Below, piece after piece: positions 1 to 4,528 of a stretch of DNA of 4,528 nucleotides (its first letter is position 1; each line of letters begins with the position of its first letter). This stretch comes from a virus (Duplodnaviria > Heunggongvirae > Uroviricota > Caudoviricetes). The notes below the pieces were generated by a model. It was given only the letters and a program-made list of their open reading frames with translations. It ran no database searches and was not told the origin of the DNA. A program made the position numbers and the translations under genes. Location of the stretch: the IMG/VR virus record IMGVR_UViG_2744054976_000003; one strand, written 5' to 3'.

Positions 1-1137
1 GTCATTTCCACCGTATCCACCGCCATTGTTGGCATGGTCTGCACGGCCAGCGATGCGGATGCGGAAACCTTCCCCGTCAATAAACCGGTGCTGATCACCA
101 ATGTGCAGAGCGCGATTGCAAAGGCCGGTAAAAAAGGCACGCTGGCGGCATCGTTGCAGGCCATCGCTGACCAGTCAAAACCGGTCACCGTTGTCGTGCG
201 CGTGGAAGACGGAACAGGCGACGACGAAGAAACGAAACTCGCGCAGACCGTTTCCAATATCATCGGCACCACTGACGAAAACGGTCAGTACACCGGACTG
301 AAAGCCCTGATGGGCGCTGAGTCGGTTACCGGCGTTAAACCGCGTATTCTCGGCGTACCGGGACTGGACACCAAAGAGGTCGCCGTCGCACTGGCATCGG
401 TATGCCAGGAACTGAATGCCTTCGGGTATATCAGCGCATGGGGTTGTAAAACCATTTCCGAGGTGAAAGCCTACCGCCAGAATTTCAGCCAGCGTGAGCT
501 GATGGTCATCTGGCCGGATTTCCTCGCATGGGATACGGTTACCAGTACCACCGCCACCGCGTATGCCACCGCCCGTGCGCTGGGTCTGCGCGCTAAAATC
601 GACCAGGAGCAGGGCTGGCATAAAACGCTGTCCAACGTCGGGGTGAACGGTGTTACCGGCATCAGTGCATCCGTCTTCTGGGATTTGCAGAAGCCCGGCA
701 CTGATGCTGACCTGCTTAATGAGTCAGGCGTCACTACGCTGATTCGCCGCGACGGTTTCCGCTTCTGGGGTAACCGTACCTGCTCTGATGATCCGCTGTT
801 CCTCTTTGAAAGTTACACCCGCACAGCGCAGGTACTGGCCGACACGATGGCTGAGGCGCACATGTGGGCTATTGATAAGCCCATCACCGCAACGCTGATT
901 CGCGACATCATTGACGGCATCAATGCCAAATTCCGTGAACTGAAAAACAACGGTTATATCGTGGATGGCACATGCTGGTTCAGCGAAGAATCCAACGATG
1001 CGGAAACCCTCAAGGCCGGAAAACTGTATATCGACTACGACTATACCCCGGTGCCTCCTCTTGAAAATCTGACCCTGCGCCAGCGTATTACTTCCAGATA
1101 CCTGGCAAGTCTGGTCACTTCGGTTAACAGCAATTAA
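1..1137 (+). CDS. FI: Phage contractile tail sheath protein (P2 gpFI-like), 5'-truncated by the window edge
   Basis: Frame 1 is open from nt 1 (GTC ATT TCC...) through the track ORF 34..1137 to TAA at 1135-1137, so the true start lies upstream of the window. The translation (…[42 protein letters not shown]…[17 protein letters not shown]) is recognised from memory as P2-type tail sheath. Gene order sheath then tube is as in P2. Confidence 0.92.
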   Translation, partial: VISTVSTAIVGMVCTASDADAETFPVNKPVLITNVQSAIAKAGKKGTLAASLQAIADQSKPVTVVVRVEDGTGDDEETKLAQTVSNIIGTTDENGQYTGLKALMGAESVTGVKPRILGVPGLDTKEVAVALASVCQELNAFGYISAWGCKTISEVKAYRQNFSQRELMVIWPDFLAWDTVTSTTATAYATARALGLRAKIDQEQGWHKTLSNVGVNGVTGISASVFWDLQKPGTDADLLNESGVTTLIRRDGFRFWGNRTCSDDPLFLFESYTRTAQVLADTMAEAHMWAIDKPITATLIRDIIDGINAKFRELKNNGYIVDGTCWFSEESNDAETLKAGKLYIDYDYTPVPPLENLTLRQRITSRYLASLVTSVNSN

Positions 1138-1141
1138 GGAG
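1136..1141 (+). promoter_or_regulatory. Shine-Dalgarno sequence (AAGGAG) for the tail tube gene, overlapping the FI stop codon
   Basis: AAGGAG at 1136-1141 lies 8 nt upstream of the ATG at 1150, giving canonical spacing. It overlaps the TAA at 1135-1137. Confidence 0.75.
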
Positions 1142-1149
1142 CCTGACCG

Positions 1150-1668
1150 ATGGCAATGCCGCGCAAACTCAAGTTAATGAACGTCTTTCTGAACGGCTAC
1201 AGCTATCAGGGCGTTGCAAAGTCCATCACGCTGCCAAAACTGACCCGTAAGCTCGAAAACTATCGCGGTGCGGGGATGAACGGCAGCGCACCGGTAGACC
1301 TCGGCCTTGATGACGATGCGCTGTCAATGGAGTGGTCGCTCGGGGGCTTCCCGGATTCGGTTATCTGGGAGCTTTACGCCGCAACCGGTGTGGATGCCGT
1401 ACCGATTCGTTTTGCAGGCTCTTACCAGCGCGACGATACCGGCGAAACGGTGGCCGTCGAGGTGGTCATGCGTGGACGTCAGAAAGAAATCGACACCGGC
1501 GAGGGCAAACAGGGAGAAGACACCGAGTCGAAAATCTCCGTGGTCTGCACCTATTTCCGGCTGACGATGGACGGTAAGGAGCTGGTCGAAATCGACACCA
1601 TCAACATGATTGAGAAGGTGAACGGCGTCGACCGGCTGGAGCAACACCGCCGCAATATCGGCCTGTGA
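1150..1668 (+). CDS. FII: Phage tail tube protein (P2 gpFII-like)
   Basis: 172-aa ORF from ATG 1150 to TGA 1666-1668 with a strong upstream RBS. The translation (MAMPRKLKLMNVFLNGYSYQGVAKSITLPKLTRKLENYRGAG…) is recognised as P2-type tail tube. Size and position directly after the sheath gene fit. Confidence 0.93.
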   Translation: MAMPRKLKLMNVFLNGYSYQGVAKSITLPKLTRKLENYRGAGMNGSAPVDLGLDDDALSMEWSLGGFPDSVIWELYAATGVDAVPIRFAGSYQRDDTGETVAVEVVMRGRQKEIDTGEGKQGEDTESKISVVCTYFRLTMDGKELVEIDTINMIEKVNGVDRLEQHRRNIGL

Positions 1669-1675
1669 TTTTCAT

Positions 1676-1696
1676 CCGGTCAGCCAGGCTGACCGG
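1676..1696 (+). other. Perfect inverted repeat (9-bp stem, 3-nt loop) in the FII-E intergenic spacer; possible RNA hairpin or partial attenuator
   Basis: CCGGTCAGC-CAG-GCTGACCGG: 1676-1684 pairs perfectly with 1688-1696 and is GC-rich. The following bases are TTAACCCCGATT, not a U-tract, so it is not a canonical intrinsic terminator. Confidence 0.4.
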
Positions 1697-1724
1697 TTAA
1701 CCCCGATTCAGAAGTGAGAAAACC

Positions 1725-2000
1725 ATGAACAAAGAAAATGTCATTACCCTGGACAATCCGGTCAAGCGTGGTGAGCAGGTTATCGAACAGGTCACGCTGA
1801 TGAAACCCAATGCCGGGACGCTGCGCGGTGTCAGTCTGGCTGCGGTCGCGAACTCAGAAGTCGATGCACTGATTAAGGTGCTGCCGCGCATGACGGCACC
1901 GATGCTGACCGAGCAGGAAGTCGCCGCGCTGGAACTGCCTGACCTTGTGGGGCTGGCCGGTAAGGTGGTCGGTTTTTTGTCGCCGAACTCGGTGCAGTAA
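1725..2000 (+). CDS. E: Tail assembly chaperone (P2 gpE-like), zero-frame product
   Basis: 91-aa ORF from ATG 1725 to TAA 1998-2000 (MNKENVITLDNPVKRGEQVIEQVTLMKPNAG…GFLSPNSVQ). It sits between the tube and tape measure genes, as chaperone genes do in contractile and siphovirus tail modules, and has a slippery heptamer near its 3' end. Confidence 0.9.
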   Translation: MNKENVITLDNPVKRGEQVIEQVTLMKPNAGTLRGVSLAAVANSEVDALIKVLPRMTAPMLTEQEVAALELPDLVGLAGKVVGFLSPNSVQ

Positions 2001-2152
2001 CGTTTCCGAAAAATCTCTCGGTCGATGACCTGATGGCTGATGTGGCAGTGATATTTCACTGGCCGCCATCAGAACTGTATCCCATGAGCCTGACCGAACT
2101 CATCACATGGCGCGAAAAGGCGCTCCGGCGAAGCGGAAGCACGAATGAGTAA
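1725..2152 (+). CDS. E+E': Tail assembly chaperone frameshift fusion (P2 gpE+E'-like), about 142 aa, made by a -1 shift at 1973-1979
   Basis: After the slip the -1 frame reads from 1979: VAELGAVTFPKNLSVDDLMADVAVIFHWPPSELYPMSLTELITWREKALRRSGSTNE then stop at 2150-2152. This 57-codon extension has no ATG near its 5' end and no separate RBS, so it is reachable only by frameshifting. 85 aa from E plus 57 aa gives about 142 aa. Confidence 0.85.
1973..1979 (+). promoter_or_regulatory. Programmed -1 ribosomal frameshift slippery heptamer T-TTT-TTG
   Basis: Zero-frame codons are GGT TTT TTG (1971-1979), fitting the X-XXY-YYZ pattern. A -1 slip here continues in an open frame to TAA at 2150-2152. This matches the conserved chaperone frameshift of long-tailed phages (P2 E/E', lambda G/GT). 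Confidence 0.85.
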
Positions 2153-4528
2153 CAATGTAAAATTACAGGTATTGCTCAGGGCTGTTGACCAGGCATCCCG
2201 CCCGTTTAAATCCATCCGTACAGCGAGCAAGTCGCTGTCGGGGGATATCCGGGAAACACAAAAATCACTGCGCGAGCTGAACGGTCACGCATCCCGTATT
2301 GAGGGATTCCGCAAGACCAGTGCACAGCTTGCCGTGACTGGTCATGCACTTGAAAAGGCACGGCAGGAAGCCGAAGCCCTTGCCACACAGTTTAAAAACA
2401 CCGAACGTCCGACCCGTGCTCAGGCGAAAGTGCTGGAATCCGCAAAGCGTGCGGCGGAGGACTTACAGGCGAAATATAACCGCCTGACGGATTCCGTTAA
2501 ACGCCAGCAGCGGGAACTGGCCGCTGTGGGAATTAATACCCGCAATCTTGCACATGATGAGCAGGGACTGAAAAACCGTATCAGTGAAACCACCGCACAG
2601 CTTAACCGTCAGCGCGACGCGCTGGCGCGTGTCAGTGCGCAACAGGCAAAACTTAACGCAGTAAAACAGCGTTATCAGTCCGGAAAGGAACTGGCCGGAA
2701 ATATGGCCTCAGTGGGCGCTGCCGGTATGGGGATTGCGGCGGCGGGAACGATGGCCGGTGTTAAGCTACTGATGCCCGGTTATGAGTTTGCGCAGAAAAA
2801 CTCAGAATTGCAGGCCGTGCTAGGTGTGGCAAAAGACTCCGCCGAAATGGCCGCGCTACGCAAGCAGGCGCGCCAGCTCGGCGACAATACCGCCGCCTCG
2901 GCGGATGATGCGGCCGGTGCACAGATTATCATCGCGAAAGCGGGTGGGGATGTTGATGCCATTCAGGCGGCAACGCCGGTCACGCTGAACATGGCGCTGG
3001 CAAACCGTCGCACGATGGAGGAAAACGCCGCCCTGCTGATGGGGATGAAATCTGCCTTTCAGCTTTCAAACGATAAGGTTGCTCATATCGGGGATGTTCT
3101 CTCCATGACGATGAACAAAACCGCCGCCGATTTTGACGGTATGAGCGATGCGCTGACCTATGCCGCACCTGTGGCAAAAAATGCCGGTGTCAGCATTGAA
3201 GAAACCGCCGCAATGGTCGGGGCGCTGCATGATGCAAAAATCACAGGCTCAATGGCGGGGACGGGAAGCCGTGCCGTGTTAAGTCGCCTGCAGGCACCGA
3301 CGGGAAAAGCATGGGATGCACTCAAAGAGCTTGGAGTGAAAACCTCAGACAGCAAGGGAAACACCCGACCAGTATTTACCATTCTGAAAGAAATGCAGGC
3401 CAGTTTTGAGAAAAACCGGCTCGGTACTGCCCAGCAGGCCGAATACATGAAAACCATTTTCGGGGAGGAGGCCAGCTCAGCCGCCGCTGTGCTGATGACT
3501 GCCGCGTCAACCGGAAAGCTGGACAAACTGACCGCTGCGTTTAAAGCCTCAGACGGAAAGACCGCAGAACTGGTAAATATCATGCAGGACAACCTCGGCG
3601 GTGACTTTAAGGAGTTTCAGTCCGCTTATGAGGCGGTGGGGACTGACCTGTTTGACCAGCACGAAGGCGCACTGCGTAAGCTCACGCAGACGGCCACAAA
3701 GTATGTGTTAAAACTCGACGGCTGGATCCAGAAAAACAAATCACTGGCGTCAACCATTGGCATCATTGCCGGTGGCGCGCTGGCGCTTACTGGCATCATC
3801 GGTGCCATTGGTCTTGTAGCCTGGCCGGTTATCACTGGCATCAATGCCATCATCGCGGCAGCAGGCGCAATGGGGGCAGTCTTCACGACGGTTGGCAGTG
3901 CTGTTATGACGGCCATCGGGGCGATTAGCTGGCCGGTTGTGGCCGTGGTGGCCGCCATTGTCGCCGGGGCGTTGCTTATCCGTAAATACTGGGAGCCTGT
4001 CAGCGCATTCTTTGGCGGTGTGGTTGAAGGGCTGAAAGCGGCATTTGCGCCGGTGGGGGAACTGTTCACGCCACTTAAACCGGTGTTTGACTGGCTGGGT
4101 GAAAAGTTACAGGCCGCGTGGCAGTGGTTTAAAAACCTGATTGCCCCGGTTAAAGCCACACAGGACACCCTGAACCGTTGCCGTGACACGGGCGTCATGT
4201 TCGGGCAGGCACTGGCTGACGCGTTGATGCTGCCGCTTAATGCGTTCAACAAACTGCGCAGTGGTATTGACTGGGTACTGGAAAAACTCGGTGTTATCAA
4301 CAAAGAGTCAGACACACTTGACCAGACCGCCGCAAGGACTAATGCCGCCACGTATGGCAGCGGTGGTTATATTCCGGCGACCAGCTCTTATGCAGGCTAT
4401 CAGGCTTATCAGCCGGTTACGGCACCGGCTGGCCGCTCTTATGTAGACCAGAGTAAAAACGAATATCACATCAGCCTGACGGGTGGTACTGCGCCGGGGA
4501 CACAGCTTGACCGCCAGTTACAGGATGC
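2145..4528 (+). CDS. T: Tail tape measure protein (P2 gpT-like), 3'-truncated by the window edge
   Basis: ATG at 2145-2147 (MSNNVKLQVLLRAVDQASRPFKSIR…) opens a frame with no stop through 4528, about 794 codons. The N-terminal part is rich in Q/R/A/L/K and helix-like. A long Gly/Ala/Ile-rich hydrophobic stretch (…STIGIIAGGALALTGIIGAIGLVAWPVITGINAIIAAAGAMGAV…) is typical of tape measure proteins. Its position right after the frameshifted chaperone is canonical. The start overlaps the E' stop by 8 nt. Confidence 0.93.
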   Translation, partial: MSNNVKLQVLLRAVDQASRPFKSIRTASKSLSGDIRETQKSLRELNGHASRIEGFRKTSAQLAVTGHALEKARQEAEALATQFKNTERPTRAQAKVLESAKRAAEDLQAKYNRLTDSVKRQQRELAAVGINTRNLAHDEQGLKNRISETTAQLNRQRDALARVSAQQAKLNAVKQRYQSGKELAGNMASVGAAGMGIAAAGTMAGVKLLMPGYEFAQKNSELQAVLGVAKDSAEMAALRKQARQLGDNTAASADDAAGAQIIIAKAGGDVDAIQAATPVTLNMALANRRTMEENAALLMGMKSAFQLSNDKVAHIGDVLSMTMNKTAADFDGMSDALTYAAPVAKNAGVSIEETAAMVGALHDAKITGSMAGTGSRAVLSRLQAPTGKAWDALKELGVKTSDSKGNTRPVFTILKEMQASFEKNRLGTAQQAEYMKTIFGEEASSAAAVLMTAASTGKLDKLTAAFKASDGKTAELVNIMQDNLGGDFKEFQSAYEAVGTDLFDQHEGALRKLTQTATKYVLKLDGWIQKNKSLASTIGIIAGGALALTGIIGAIGLVAWPVITGINAIIAAAGAMGAVFTTVGSAVMTAIGAISWPVVAVVAAIVAGALLIRKYWEPVSAFFGGVVEGLKAAFAPVGELFTPLKPVFDWLGEKLQAAWQWFKNLIAPVKATQDTLNRCRDTGVMFGQALADALMLPLNAFNKLRSGIDWVLEKLGVINKESDTLDQTAARTNAATYGSGGYIPATSSYAGYQAYQPVTAPAGRSYVDQSKNEYHISLTGGTAPGTQLDRQLQD

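Noticed and set aside
175-734. Minus-strand ORFs 175..621 and 471..734, and the + strand alternative-frame ORF 101..301, inside the sheath gene
   Set aside because: They overlap the sheath CDS in other frames and have Arg/Gly/Pro-rich, low-complexity translations typical of out-of-frame readings of GC-rich genes. No independent start signals.
1307-1647. Overlapping ORFs 1307..1564 (+), 1332..1577 (+) and 1324..1647 (-) within the tail tube gene
   Set aside because: Alternative-frame and antisense shadows of FII, with Arg-rich nonsense-like translations. The FII frame has the RBS and the recognisable tail tube sequence.
2046-2061. Small inverted repeat CAGTGA-TATT-TCACTG within the E' extension
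   Set aside because: It lies about 67 nt downstream of the slippery site, too far for a classical frameshift-stimulating structure, and has only a 6-bp stem. Probably coincidental.
1697-2069. Minus-strand ORFs 1697..2059 and 1854..2069 opposite the E/E' region
   Set aside because: Antisense to the chaperone gene and its frameshift extension, whose organisation fully explains this interval. Translations are Ser/Thr/Arg-rich and unconvincing.
2206-2388. 60-aa minus-strand ORF near the start of T
   Set aside because: Falls inside the T coding region on the opposite strand. It is short, lacks an RBS, and is most likely chance.
3626-4351. 241-aa minus-strand ORF (with neighbours 3158..3592, 2980..3177 and 2780..2962) antisense to the tape measure gene
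   Set aside because: They lie entirely inside the well-supported + strand T gene. Their translations are low-complexity Ala/Pro/Ser/Met-rich with no plausible RBS context. Long antisense ORFs are expected opposite GC-rich, Gly/Ala-codon-rich coding sequence, so these are shadow ORFs.
4240-4446. 68-aa + strand ORF in a different frame from T
   Set aside because: Out-of-frame overlap with the continuous T reading frame. Arg/Leu-rich translation typical of a frame-shifted reading. No support as an independent gene.
1-4528. Possibility of a novel defence system, toxin or other cargo embedded in this region
   Set aside because: Every substantial + strand ORF is accounted for by canonical tail genes with tight junctions. 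No orphan ORF, unusual repeat array or composition break is visible, and nothing indicates an insertion.

Overview
This window is a contiguous, tightly packed slice of a P2-like (Peduovirus-type) contractile-tail module, all on the + strand: the 3' part of the tail sheath gene (FI), the complete tail tube gene (FII), the tail assembly chaperone pair E / E+E' made by a programmed -1 frameshift, and most of the tape measure gene (T), which runs off the 3' edge. Gene calls rest on reading the translated ORFs and recognising them as matching P2 tail proteins from memory; no database search was run, so percent identity and the exact phage or prophage host are unknown. I found no tRNA, CRISPR array, insertion sequence, moron or other accessory cargo, and no evidence for a previously undescribed system. 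The minus-strand and alternative-frame ORFs in the track are best explained as shadows of the + strand genes. The most notable sequence-level signals are the T-TTT-TTG slippery site at the end of E, a perfect 9-bp hairpin in the FII-E spacer, and the 8-nt E'/T overlap.
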